Shown piece after piece: positions 24,906-38,708 of a stretch of DNA of 64,000 nucleotides. The stretch lies in the NCBI GenBank assembly GCA_977016875.1, contig CDRNST010000122.1:1984001-2048000 (forward strand), written 5' to 3'. The DNA comes from Pavona decussata (lineage: Eukaryota). The notes below the pieces were generated by a model, which searched no databases, was not told the DNA's origin, and saw only the letters and a list, made by a program, of their open reading frames with translations. Position 1 is the stretch's first letter, and every line of letters begins with the position of its first letter. The position numbers and the translations under genes were made by a program.

Positions 24906-27900
24906 TCAGCCAGAAGTTTCGCACTCAAATAGCTGCCTTCCTTTGTCATGCTGCAATCGAATGTGGTTGTTCAAAGTCACCGATTGGCTGAAAGAACTTG
25001 AACAATATCCGCAAACAAATGGCTTCTTTATTTCCAGGGTGTCAAATTGATTGTGCTGATGCAATGGCTGTGGGGCCTGAGCATGGATGTTTGTGTGGAG
25101 CGAATTTGAACTTTGAACCCATGAACCGGGATTCATTACGAGTGCGCTCTGGTCATCTAAGGCGGGAGTCGATCTATCGTTTGTTTTCTGTGTGTCTTTT
25201 GGTGAATTCCTGTGATTCTGCTTCAGTGGAGTATCCTGGTTTCTCGCAACAGAATTCGACGCATGTTTCAAACCAAGTTCCTCTTTACGAGACGGGTGTA
25301 GATGAGAATTCCTTCCGTCAACTGACATTTTGGCAAACGCGAAAGGACTGCCGGGAGTGGAAAGAGGAGAGGGAGGAGGACTGGGAAAAAAAGAGTCCAC
25401 AGCACTTGTGGTTAGCGGTTGACGATCATTCTCGATCTTTTCCTCGTGAGGAGAAATAACAATGACTTGATCGGGCTGCGAACCCACACCTAACGAAAAA
25501 CAACAAGTGACAATTCGTTAAAAGTATTACCTCTTTTTGAATTAACTGGTATCAATAAACGCCTTAGTTTGGATATAGGCATCCTTACGAGCTGCAGTAA
25601 GAACCACAAAGATAGGTAATGTAGACAGATAGAAAGGTAGTTTGTGCGCGGTTATGGAAGAGTCCTAACTGGTAAATTATACTACCGGGTCAGTGAACGG
25701 ATCGACCATGTTTATCCTCTTTTCATTGTTTACAAGATTTCTGCAGCGGTGTTGATTTTTTTACTGTGCAAAATGAGATTCAATGCACGACTGACGGTCA
25801 ACTACCGTCCAAGTGGCAAAGGGCCTGATTCGGAGGTGGAGAGGCTGGACAAAGCTATCGGCCGAACACTTACCACGTGGTATTACAACTCCCATGTCAA
25901 ATATGGCCGTTGGGATTCCAAGGTATTGTGGATATTTTTCATCGTACCAGACCAGCATTTCTTCTCCAGGAAGGATGTTCTTGAAAGTGCGATAAAACAG
26001 TTTCCCCAAGTACTGGAAAGCAAACATGTTTTGTTCCTGTTTGTGGCGAGCACAGCGAATAAAACGCATCCAGCTTGTGACATTTAAGTCACTTCCGTCA
26101 ATATATCCTGACAATTTACCGTCTTCGAAGATCTGGAAAAGTGCATGAGATGGGCACAAATGAGTGCTATAATACGTAGTCACTAAACGATGCATGAAGA
26201 TACTGGCTGCTCTATTTGTCTGTCAACGTCGAATCACTGAGAGTCGACTTAAGCTGGTGCAAAGGTACTGGTCTGCGCAGTTAGCTCCCTTATTCTATAA
26301 AGGAAGGTTTTCAGTAGAGTATCGGAAGTAATCCTTGTTCGCCTTGGTTTGATTTAGTACGCTGTGTGATTGGTCGAAAAAGCCCGCGCTACTTTTTTGA
26401 CCAATTAAAGGTGAGGGCAGAACCAATAGTGACCCACTGTTTTTGTCTTGAGTTCTGATTAGGTCACGGTGTTATTCTCTTGAATCTTGGATTAATACTC
26501 CCAAATGATTAACACTGGGAGACCTAAAAATAATTTCTTTTAAAAAGTATGAATAAATAAATGTTTGTTGCTTGAGTCAGAACCTTTTGAGTTGAGTGAA
26601 AGGGCGCATTGCCACAAGGTCTGAGCCCTAAAAGGCTCAGTTGTGACTGTCAAGGTGATGACTTTGGTGTGGGTTTCATGACACTCAGTTGAAAATTGAT
26701 TTTACGGCAATGGTTCCGTGAACATACCTCCCACATGTAGGATGTATCCATGGACGAAGACAGCTCTTCAGACTTCACAAATTTTCCTTCATACGGACCA
26801 ATCCATGCGCCAACAGGAATCTTTCGCTTGGCACAAATACCGCACCCTGCCCCGGGAATGCTTGACGTACATAAGCCAACTTCCGGCGGAAGTGACCTTA
26901 AAGCCAGTGGAAGCTGTGAGTTTTGTTGAGATGCGAATGCTTTGCGCTTGTGACGGGGACACTGAAAGTTTGAAACTTCTGAACTTGCATCGCACCCTGG
27001 AATACAAAAGAATAATAATTCGATGATCTCGATGATTAGTGCATATATGTATTGCAAGTTGCATTCCCAATGTCCGTTTTACAAAAGTATCCTTTAGACT
27101 TCCAAATTAGCGAGAAATGCAATAATATTCATTTACCTAGTAATGGATAAAACTCCTTGTTAAGTAAAGCTTTAATGACTTTTTTCCGGACCTGTCTGAA
27201 ATCACGGTCAGTAACGAAAGCATCCTGACTAAATATCATTATTATTTATTACTAGTAATAATCGTAGATTTGAGAGTACGTTCGATGTCACCAGGCCAAT
27301 CTCGCTCCCAGGCTCTCTCTCTCTCTTTGGATGTCATCCGCCCCTTCCAAAAAATCCGCGGGGGATGCCAGATGTGCGTCCCAAGATCCATCGACCCATC
27401 CACGACAAGTCCCATAAAATCTCGACTCAAATCCGTATTAGGAAGCGTTCTTCCTACGTCGAACGCAATTATTATCGACTACTTGAAGACTTGCTTCCTG
27501 GGCGACCGAAAGTATTAACCGACTGTGACGTGCAGAAGCACTGAACATTAATATGTTTAAAAAGCTGTCGAAACTACATTATATCTCTCTTAGCTCTTTT
27601 ATTCTAAGACAAATTGTCCCTGCATACTCACAGAAACATTTACTTTGTTGTGTTACCGCTGGTTGCTTGAAATTGATGAGCCGGACATCACTTTGACTGA
27701 AGAGACACCTCTGTAAATCTTTGATTGTGAAGTGGTCCCTGGCCATAGCACATGGAGGGGGACTGGGACCAGTGACGTTTTCCTGGTGCCGAGTTTTCTT
27801 TCTGACAGGTTGAAAGCCATTTCTCCAGTCGTAATCACTGTATCGTTTTGCAGGACGTTTTGTCTGCTGTATGGAGAGAGAACATGTAATATCAGTCTCT

Positions 27901-28680
27901 CAGGGTTCCTTTCCTTTCTTGAACTCATGTTGTGTCAGTGACAATTGTCGACTTCAACAACCAGTTTTTTAATGCCTCAATAAACGAACTCGTTTGATTA
28001 TTAAACCCCTCTTTACCTCTGACTCAAAATTAAAAATTATCCGTCTAAAATTAATTTATGTTTAATAATTGTACATTTATAGTTTTAGAGCCTCGTTTGA
28101 AACTCTTTTCTAGAGTATTTTGTTCTATTGCGTGCATTAATTTTCATTTGGAAAATTAAGAATGTATCAACATTATATTAATCCAACAATAAAGTCTTCA
28201 TTGATCTTCTCTACACCTTACCACTTTGCGCAGATCAGTTTAATGTAGAGTTTCCCTGATCAGTAATTTTGCGCCATGATATCATGTTTTGTTGTTGTTG
28301 ATAATGATAAACTATATACGTGATAAAATAAAAGGACAACGAACTCAGCGGATTGGAATATGTACTGTATATAAACATAAGGCAGTGATGTGTGACTAAC
28401 ACTGCTCGTGTATATACACTGTAAATGTTTTATAAGTTCTTGGTTTATGATCTTTTCAAGTCTTGTACAGCGTTTCTTGTTGAAATGCCATGTTGAAACC
28501 CTGAGTCGTGAATGCGATACGTTTCAAGAATTTCTTACTGAACAAAGTAAACACGTCAAAATAGATACAGATTTTTGAATGCATTAATTATAACATATTG
28601 TAGGCTACAAACGGTCATCCCGGTTCGGTCGTATTTAGTACATTACGAGTTTCTCTTACCTCGCATTCCAGCACGTCCAT
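24906..28680 (-). CDS. PRDM6: PRDM6-like protein, paralog 4 (~455 aa), intact PR domain with a single intact zinc finger. Exons 28680-28660, 27866-27632, 26996-26728, 26132-25874, 25489-24906
   Basis: MDVLECE|gtaag; FTIKDLQRCLF; CFWC..CPRH; PR exons are the same length as in paralog 2 (269 and 259 nt). Last exon has only FVCGYCSSSFSQSVTLNNHIRLQH. Exon sum 1368 nt. NAGNAG acceptor at 27864-27869. Confidence 0.85.
27251..27463 (-). repeat. Dispersed ~200-bp element, copy B
   Basis: Reverse complement aligns by eye with 184-387. Confidence 0.8.
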
Positions 28681-30899
28681 TTTCGTGACTTCGTTTTTGG
28701 TTTTTGTTTGAGTTATTAGTAGAGCTCTCAGGTTTAAAGCGATCTTTATATTGCGGGCTTGAGAATCCGGGTAGTGAATATCGCGCGTTATCGATCAGTT
28801 CTGTTAAAGTTTGATTTAAATATTTAAAGAGACGGTTGATATTTTGGCGCCTTTTTCATGATAAATTAAAGGTCCTTGAGTGAAAAGGTCTTTGTAATTT
28901 TTTGAATAATAGTGATTTAAACAATATATTTGGGAGGGACTTTGTCAGTTGGTAATGTATGTTGAACGGTCGAGAGAGTTGGCGCCATTTTCTAGCAAAA
29001 TAATTATTGGTTAATATTCGCCTTGAGGCGATATTGAAGTAAAGGTTGAGAGAAACTGCCGGCGTAGAAACCGTATGACGTGAATATATTCCAACATATG
29101 CCTCATACTCGGTTGTGCTTCAAGTAAAGTCAGCTTTATTTGGTCTTATTTATGCAGGGTCGCCCTTTCAGCACCTGGCTGGTATCAGGGGCTCTGCATA
29201 ATTTATGACTACTGCAAAATAAAAGATTGTATCATAAATTACGCTTCATGTAACAGATTATAGTGAGAGTTTTGTGAGATTTAAGACAAGAAACTAATTA
29301 GTAATTCATCTATTAACATAATTATCTTCTGTGGGGCTCGGCGCGGGTTTTGGCTTGTCTGAAAACGTTATTCAATTCACACACGGTGTGCGATAACCTC
29401 AAGCTGAAATAAAGAAAACTTTTGAATGAACCCGCGTAAGGTAAGAAACAAGAACAAGAAAAATCGTTTTTTTTCCCTTTTTCTTTTAATATGCTTGTGT
29501 TAAGACTTGACTTATTTCAGGTCGATTCAGGAGTGCATATACTTATTTTAAAAAGTGTGAACCGTTAAGCGTTAGCTGTTTTCAACCCCAGAGTCTTGTG
29601 GCTTGACTGACCAAGTCGAAAAGGCGTCTTCCCACCGTTAGTTAAGCCTTGCGGCGCAAGGAGCTCTGGGTTGGACAATGGTATAAGGACAAGAACTCAG
29701 CAGCACTGCACATGCGTTTTTGGCCTCGTGCTTCCGCGAATAATAGGAACATTCTTCTTGTATTTATGCTCGTGCGCAAGCGTGTGCAGTGAACTGTAGT
29801 CAGAAATGTATTCAATACGACGAAAATACAACGTATAATTTAGGCTTAAGTCCGCTTAAGGATTGCCCAGATTTCGTTAAAGGAAAGGCTTCGCTTCGAA
29901 GTATAATAAAAATAGAGAAAAAGGTTTGGCCCGACTTTTATGTTTTAAGAGTTGACCCAAAATCAGTCGGTTCACTTCGCTTTCATTGCATTGTTTTTTT
30001 TGGTCAAATTCAAAAATACCCAATATCATGCAGCTATCAACCGAATCATGCAGCTTTCATCCGAAGATGATGGACAGGTTAAATTATCATTATGTTGGGT
30101 TTTGGCGGGAAACAAGCCCCACCTTGTGTGTGCAAACACTTGAATGATCTTGCATGAAAACAATTTCTTATCTGATATCTGGTGACTTTAAAATACAATA
30201 GCTTTCCGCCCGTGGTTTACAATGGCTTTTAAATTAGTTTCCCTTAAAGAACGCATCAACCCGTGACAGATTCGAATATTAGCTCCAGCGGTAGATAACA
30301 AAAGAAGGCAGACTTTAAACAAAAGAGAGAAATAAAATAAGAGATGTCGGGGCCTTAATAAAAATAATTGAACTACACTGTTCTATGCAGATACTAAGGA
30401 CCTCCAAGAACTTTACAAACTGCGAAATCAGTCTTCTATGAGCCTGCCAGTCAGAAATTGAAATTTGTTACTTGTTATTCTGATCGGTATTTATCAGGGA
30501 TTATCGGTTTGTTTTCGTGATGTTCATTCTTCTGTGACTTCAAATGATATTTCAAGCCATTATCGAAATCTAATCGCCGGGCTGTGCAACGCTGAACAGT
30601 GATAAATCGACCCTCTAGAAGCAAGTAATCATGCCAACTCGTAAAAGACAAAAAGTTCTTTCATGAACTCAATAATGATATGCAATCTTACATAATTAAA
30701 CTCAACAGAGGGTGAAGGGCCCTTTGGCAGCCATTAAAGAGCCGGGGAGATTAAGTGACGCGAACTGTATAAGTTATTGATCAAATTTGGCGGGTAAACA
30801 TAATAATAGTTTGTGAATTTCGGCCAAGAATAGAACGGCTTCCAGAGCAGAAACCCAGCACTTCATTGGAATGGTTACACTTCAGGACCGAAACGTTAA

Positions 30900-31302
30900 G
30901 GACGGTGCCTACTAATACCGAAGTATTTTTGCGCGGTTTATGACTTTACGGGAAAAGCCAATCTTAGTAAGGGATATGGAAATCCAAAAAAAAAAATTAG
31001 GGGAAAACCAAGCATTTTTTTTTTAGAGAAAATTAAGCCACAATTATTCTAAAAAACAGTAAAATGCAAAGCAATGTATTGCGTTTATTTTTTCCAAATT
31101 AAAGTTTTATTATCTCTAAAAAAATGCATGGTTACCCCAAATTTTCGTTTTGGACACCAAAAGCACTTGCGAAGTTCTGCTTTCCCCGAATAGTTTTAAA
31201 CCGGGCAAAAATATCCCTGTATTGGTAGGCACCACCCATAGGAAACCCGAGTATCTTCAGATGCGCAGAACGTATGCACAGTAACAAAAGTAGGCACCGT
31301 CC
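30900..31302. mobile_element. Non-autonomous DNA transposon with TTAA target duplication (Kolobok-like)
   Basis: TTAA-GGACGGTGCCTACT ... AGTAGGCACCGTCC-TTAA. Confidence 0.8.
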
Positions 31303-31787
31303 TTAATAATGTGCCACAAATCAGATGAAGTCTTTTGAATATCAATCCTTGGTATCGACTCGAAATAAGTATATGGTAAACTGTATTTGGTTTAAAGGTT
31401 TTTTTCTTTTCTTTATTTGCAATTTACACAAACTGTTTAGCTGTTCTTAGCTTTAAGTTAAAGAAAATTAATTTTCCTTATCACTTCAATATTTTTTTAT
31501 CCGATAACCTGACTGGGTTTGGTTCAAAATCGCGTTGAATTGTTGTTTGTCACTTTTCAAAAGCATCACCAACCTGGTGCATTATTTACATCGTTTTGTA
31601 TCATACTCTCTTCTGTGAAACACAAGCGTTAAAATTATTATACATTTCAAAAGAAATTCAAGAATAAAATGTACATTCGGCCCAAATGTATTATACACGA
31701 CGCAAATCTAGTTTGCTCACATTTAAACAAACCTTTTTTAACCCATGATGCGTAGCGAACCTAGCTTGTGGCTACAGCACTTCTGTC

Positions 31788-34700
31788 TTATGTTGTTAAT
31801 GGTTGTGGTGCTACCCTATCTGAACTACTTGGACTACTAGCACACTCGCATGATTCCTTGGCGTGTTTTGCGAGGTGTATGGCTTGTGAAAATGTTTTGC
31901 CACACTTCTCACAGGAGAAAGGTTTCTGTCCCATATGAGTTCGAACATGATTGTTCAGCGTTGTCGCACCAACAAATGTGCGCGAGCAGAAGCCACACTT
32001 AAAAGGTCGCTCAGTAGTATGAGATATTACATGCGCGCGCAGTTCCGAAGAATTGTTAAATGTGCTGCTGCACTGTCCGCACTGAAAAGGCTTGGTCGGC
32101 AGAGAAGGACAAACGTGTATTTGTAAAGCTACCCGCTGGGTGAAAGTTTTGTGACATTGCTGGCACTGCCAGGAAGTCAACTCGCTCACTGGACTTGTGG
32201 GACTGGGTACCTTTCCGTTGCCAAGGTTACTGGTGCTGCTCTCCAAATCGCTGACTGTTGATAACCGCTGTTCAGTGAGAGCGCTGTCAACAGATGCTTG
32301 TTTTTGTTGTACTGGATAAGTTGGTATCAGTGGTGGGAGGCTTTTGGAGGTGGTTAATGTGTTTCTTGAGTCTGAAACAGAATGTTTGCTGTGTTAACAC
32401 CTCTTCCTTACTTTACTTGATAACCCACAGTGTCGGTACTGACTATCTTCTTCACCACTGTTCAACATCTTGGAACCTTACGCCCGATAGATATCTTTAT
32501 GTTGTAATTAATCTGAGATGCCGGTTCCGATCGTCAAGAACGGACAATTTGTACTCTGGCACAGATTTATAATGCACGTTTTCCGCTAGATGGTGATTTT
32601 ATCACTTGATAAAGTTATCTTCTTCTAGTTAGTGCCACCTTACTACTTTAAGAATCGTTAATTAAGTAGTTATATTTACCTACCTGGGTAAGTTCTAACG
32701 GGACTTCTGTTCTGTGGCAATTGGGCGCTGGAGGTTGTGTTGGTAAACCGAGCTGCGTCTTGCGTTTTAGCTGGGGATGGGACAACATTAATGGGTCTGC
32801 TGGACTGTTGTATCTGAGCTGTGTCGCCTTGATTTCTCTCATGCATGGCTGTAGATTTAAGCAAATAGGTTAGTGTAAAGGTGAGAGATGGGAAACCTGT
32901 TTTATTGGGATAAAGACATAATGGCGGCAGACTGGCTTAGTAAAATCTTTTAACTGGCCGACGTTGACTTATTATGACAATAGATTAATTGCATTTTGAT
33001 TTATTATTCATAATTAGCTGATTGACTTATGCCCTAAAAGCTGACTGACCAACTGACTCTCTAACTAACAGACTAACTAACTAGCTTACTAACTGAGGAC
33101 CTGATGGATTAACTGACTAGCCAACTGAATTAAGCTCAGTTTGCTAATAAATTGGCTGAAAGTAAACTTGACATACTAATTAAACACTAAACAACCATCT
33201 ATTTCGCCACACATGCAAAGACTATACTGTGTTACTTCAGTAGTTAAACGTGACAGCATGCCTGTCTGACCAACTGATTAGCAGCCTGAGCGACTGACCA
33301 ACTGAGTGACTGACTGTCAGACTGACAGCCTAGCTGACTGTCTGACAGACTGAGTAACTGACTGACTGGATGGCTGATTGACTGCCTTCCCGACTGACTG
33401 ATTTACTGAAGTATTAATGGCTAGACTGACTTAAAGATAGTCCGACAGATTAGCTGACTGCTGGCTGATTGTTTGCTTCACAGTCTGACTGATTCATGAC
33501 TGAACGATTGACTAAATGGCTGATTGACAGTCTAATTGCTGGTTGACAAAATGACTGACTGACTGACTAACCGGCTGGTGGATTTGCTGACTGACTGATT
33601 GTCTGAATGACCGACTGGCTGATTGTCTGATTGACGGACTGACTGACTGATTTTCTGACTGACTGACTGACTGACTGACTGACTGATTGACCAACCGACC
33701 GACTGACCGACTGACCGACTGACGGACTGACCGACTGACCGACTTACTGGCTTACTGACTGACTGACTGACTGACTGACTGACTGACTGACTGTAGTGAT
33801 TGACCAACCGACCGACTGACCGACTGACCGACTGGCGTGCTGACTGGCTGACTGACTAATGCTGCCACCAAATGCTAAATTACTTACTCTGAGTAGTTGT
33901 AGATGTGCTGGATGTGTAAACGGCGTCGACTTGATTTCCCAAAGGAATACCCATATACATTGGATAATTTTCATCATACCACACCAGCAGCTCGGTGCTA
34001 TAAGGAATGTCTTTAAATGCTCGGTAGTAAATGTCTCCATTGTACTGAAATGCAAAGAGGTTCTGCTCGTCTTTGTGCCTTGCGCAGCGAATAAAACGCA
34101 TCCAGCTGGCCGTGTTTTCATCGCTTCCGTCGATGTAATGAGACAAAGCTGTGCCTTCATAGATCTGTTGAATTGTTAAGAAGGTATTCTTAAGACGAGG
34201 GAAAATTAGACTATTTTCAGATAATGGAAATGGTAACACAAAATCGTACTAATCACGCGTAAACGAGTTATCCGCGAAGCGATCGTTTTAGGACTTTCAG
34301 CTGGTACTAGGCAGGGAAAACGTATTTGTACCTGATTGGCCTCACCCAGGGCAAGCTACCAAGTCATATCACACGATACTTGCTGTTTTAAAACAGTAAA
34401 CTTTGTATCTCACCTCCCACATGTGTGACGTATCCATGTTGGGTGTGACGTCACAAGGGCGAATTCGTCTGCCTTCATATGGACCAATCCATGTTCCTTT
34501 GGGGATGTCTTGATTGGTGTAAACACCATACCCTTCCCCTGCCGCGCTCGAGGGGCACAGCTTACATGCTGGAGGCAATGACTTCATAGCGTAAGAAATC
34601 TCTTTGTTGCTCTGCGTCTTAGTGGGTTGCCTGTGCATAGAACATCTTCCTTGAGGCATCCTATGACAAAACTCGCAAGCTGAAACTAAATGGATTGGCT

Positions 34701-37700
34701 TTTTTTAGGTAGACTCTTGGTATAATTTCTGTTTTGAATAGAAATCAAACTTATTGAAAGGCTAACGCCAAGGCATAGGAAAATGAGGCAAATATTCTAA
34801 CCAGTACATCTAGTGTTCTTCTGAAGAAGACTGGTTGTAGTTGAAATGTTGGCGTTATTTAAATTATCCTTTGCCTTACTGTCAGCCTTACAACTCAGTA
34901 TAGTTTCTTTACACCTTAAGAGGGGCCTGTTACGTGCTTCTCTTGAACAAACGATCGCCAGCAAAAAGTATGCGGAACAGTTTATTTGTGCATTATGTGG
35001 TCCTGCACTCAGAAGGTTCGTTCGTTTTTTTAATTGTAGCTTTCTACTAGGTGTATTTATTGTTTCATACTGTGCTGTAAAAGACCTTAGTACAGTGTAA
35101 TATGAATTATTTAACAGTATTCAAGGACAGGAAAACGTTGATCATGTTATCAGAAATATCGAGGAAACTTTGCTTGATCATCTTAATTTATGGAGAAAAC
35201 ATTTCTGTTGAGAACAGAAAGTTTAACACAAGACTGAGGAAAGTAATTCTTCTCACACACCGCTGGGAGCAATGTCAAGCTGACCACCGCAAGCCTGACC
35301 TTTATTCACACAATGACAATAACAGCTTGACAAAATATACAAGTATACATGGAAGGTTAAAGCATGAACTCGCTAAAAATCAAACAAAATCTTAGCTCGT
35401 TTAGGAGTGAATTGAACAACTGAAAAAACTCTAGGGTGGGTGGGTGGGAAGGTCAGCAATGGCGGTCAACAAAAAACAACTGCCCGCCCTTACATGTCAC
35501 ATGACCTAAACCCATCCCCAGGCCCCCAGCAGTGTGTGAGAAAAACATTTTCCACTTTTTTCGTTTCACTCAGCCAGTGGAAAATCACCCTTCTGTTTTT
35601 CTCTTATGCTGGTTTTAGTCCTGATTTCAAAGTCTGGAAATCAATTCCTGCAAACCGAACACTAGCGAAAATTTGAAACGTTTTGACATTTTTTTTCGTG
35701 AAATCTTTGAGTTGGAGTGATTTCTAACCACCAGCCTTTAAAACAATCAATACATTTTATCCTTTGTAATTTTGTATGTCGTATCCCAAGCTGTGCCGCT
35801 GTTACTACGCAAACAAAATCGGAAAAAAAATCAGATGTCTGTTGAAGAGCATACTGCGGGGGCTGCCAGCCACTATTGTTTGCCCGGAACTGAAAAAAAA
35901 TTAAGGTTTAGTGCCCATGTGCCGATCCTGTTTACCAGAATACACGCTATGGAACAAGGATGGTATGCTTGCGTGCGCACTCAAAGAAATGTTTCGGAAA
36001 GCCAGCATTGATTTATCTCCTGACAGTGATTCAGCAAAGGCATTTGAAACTACAGAATTTTAAACCAAATTAGTTTACATGCACAACAATCTAGTTTAGG
36101 TGACTACTCGTGTATAATTAAAAAAGTTAAAATTAAATTTTCACACCCCGTGAGATGTCTTTGTTCGCCTTCACGGATAATTTTAAAGATCTCTGAATTA
36201 CATTCATTTTAATTTGAAAGACCTTTAATGGCATTCCTTTGAGGTTCTCGAGGGAATCCCTAGTAGTCAGTCTGTTAAGTTATTTTCTGAAACTGCATCC
36301 AAAACAGTAATCATGAGAAGTCTGGGAAAGTTACTCAGCTACCTTACAATTGAGCAAACTTTTCAGATCTTCAAATTGCGTGACTGTGGTAGTCAAGAGT
36401 AGGCTGCAAATAGGTATGAAAAATTGGTACACTTGGCAGGTTGATCCGTACAGAATCAAAAGCTCGACTTTTGGGTTTTTAGACCTCCACCCAAAACTTC
36501 AAGAGTACACCCCCTCTTGATGGGTGTCTTTCATGCTTTGTAAATAATTCAATTGCTTTGTTTTTCGAATAATATCATTACGAATGCAGAATAAAGAGCC
36601 TCACTACCGGCAGCTAAATAAAGCTTTTCAATCAAAACTTCCTTCCAGTCAGTTAATTAGTTGAATGTCGCAAAATGTCTGCACAAAGACAAGTCATCCA
36701 CTCCATTAATTTAGATTACCACATCTCTAGTGACTTAGGATCCTATATTTTAATTTAGAGGTGTACCATTGTGTAAAACTATGATAAAGCAAACTAAATG
36801 ATACCTAAAGAATACACACATGGCAAACGTCCAGTTGGGTAAGTTGTTTCAGTTTCAAAAAAAAAAAGAGAAAAATAAAGAGAGGAAAAAAAAAAACAGT
36901 AACTCATCTGAATGACCACACGTAATTCCATGAATTTCAATTCAATGATATGCTTCAAATGTAGTCTGTAATGATTAGTGATTCAATAATCATGCAGCCA
37001 ATCATCGATCAAAAGTTCTACGTCTGAGTGATGTTTCATTGTTATTCCGTAAACAACCGGATGTCAGTTTCATTTCTTATGCTATCGTATCAGCTCTCGT
37101 CGAACGGGGGTGTTTTGCGGTTATTTTAACAACCAGTTGTTATTTTAATAGGCATGTAGAATTAAGCAACACCTTCATCCTTCTCCGCCCTGTTTCGTCT
37201 GAGTGCTATTTGAATTTAAGCAGCGGAAATTACCTTCAAAAAAGCTTAAGGCGTTTAAGTCTACTAAGCCAAAACGAGCTATAAAATTCTTATGCCTCAA
37301 TGTGCATCTTTTGACGAGTCTTAAGCCATGGTCAAACGATGATGATTGTTGAAACGCGCGCTGTCGTTTGACCACCAACTATCACGCGCAATGATCGACA
37401 ATCACGCAGTTTGAGCGTGTTCAAATTCTTCATGATTGTTGATGATAGTTTTCCTCGTTTGACCACCCGCATGATTGTTGATGATAGTTTTTCGGTCAGC
37501 TGTTTCGAGATTGAGCTTTATTTTGCTTTTGTCACTCTATGCTGTTTCTTAATTATCTTTTTGGTGAGCTCACTAAACTATCAAACTATCATCAACAATC
37601 ATGCGGGTGGTCAAACGAGGAAAACTATCATCAACAATCATGAAGAATTTGAACACGCTCAAACTGCGTGATTGTCGATCATTGCGCGTGATAGTTGGTG

Positions 37701-38708
37701 GTCAAACGAGAGCGCGCGTTCCAACAATCATCAACAATCTTCATCGTTTGACCAGGGCTTTAGTTTGTACTGAATCAAATGCCGACAAAATGATTTCAGT
37801 GCAAGGAACTTGGTTCATTCTCAAGGGCACTTAGCTCTTAGTTCGATAGATGTGGCCCACGCGTTCATATGATAACTGCATTAACTAATCGGTGAATTCT
37901 AGAAGAGTGCATTGTCACAAATTTGGATAAGTAGCGATCAATCGCAATATACGAACATGCCCAGGTCAGTTGCGCGCAGTATGACGCGCGTGTCACGCGT
38001 TGACACGACCTCCACGCAGTCGCGCGTGATTGAACAAGCTTTTTGGTCAAGAGAGTGATAAGTTGATACACGGCTTACCTGTGTTGAGTCCCGCTGCCTC
38101 CACGAGCTGAGTTGTTCCTTGATTACTAAGAACTTCCTTGCTGGCTTGCTGTAGTCGTGTTTTACCGTAAAGAACTGAGAACAATTCCCCAGAGCTAAAT
38201 AATCGTGTGCGGTTTTGATGTGGCAGATCAGACTCTAGGTTGACAGGCGGCATAGCGAGCTGATTTATCTGTTGAAACAAACCGTATTCTCAGCTCAAAA
38301 GAGTTGCGAAAGGTTCTTCCCAATTCAGTCATCACACACAACTAAAGCCGGCGTTTACACACATTTTCTTGCAACTGGTCATACTTTAAGATGCAAATGA
38401 AAATGGCACCCTGGCTATTTAATAATTGCAAGCCAGATGAGGACTGTTAACATCTAAAGATTTAGTCGTGTAAATCGATTACAAGGTAAAAATGAACTTG
38501 TAAATTTGTAAATAGAACGTGACGTAGCCATAATATTCTATTCCACCCTTTTGAACATTCTTCCATACATCTCAGAACCCTAATGAAGTCGTCTTCTTGA
38601 CGCGGAAAATACTCCATCTATAATCAGTCAAGTTTCATTCTCGCCTAAAGCACTTACCAAATTCGACTCCAATCTTCTTTTAGTTTCTTCGCTAAATAAA
38701 GATGACAT
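31788..38708 (-). CDS. PRDM6: PRDM6-like protein, paralog 5 (~510 aa). Exons 38708-38658, 38268-38079, 34679-34414, 34164-33888, 32848-32684, 32371-31788
   Basis: MSSLFSEETKRRLESNL|gtaagt; FSSGELFSVLYG; knuckle CEFC..CSMH; PR motifs; fingers [23 protein letters not shown]. Exon sum 1533 nt with canonical splice sites. Confidence 0.88.
33040..33860. repeat. (GACT)n/(GACC)n microsatellite field, pure near the exon and decaying away from it
   Basis: Long gactgactgact runs at about 33640-33860 and degenerate copies back to about 33040. Explains the SQSV-repeat ORFs. Confidence 0.95.
37324..37759. mobile_element. Foldback Harbinger-type MITE with long inverted arms (~170 bp)
   Basis: AGCCATGGTCAAACGA ... 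TCGTTTGACCAGGGCT; near-perfect arms at about 37325-37491 and 37582-37758; TTA at 37321-37323 and 37760-37762. Confidence 0.85.

Noticed and set aside
33512-33860. ORFs rich in SQSV repeats
   Set aside because: Translation of the GACT microsatellite.
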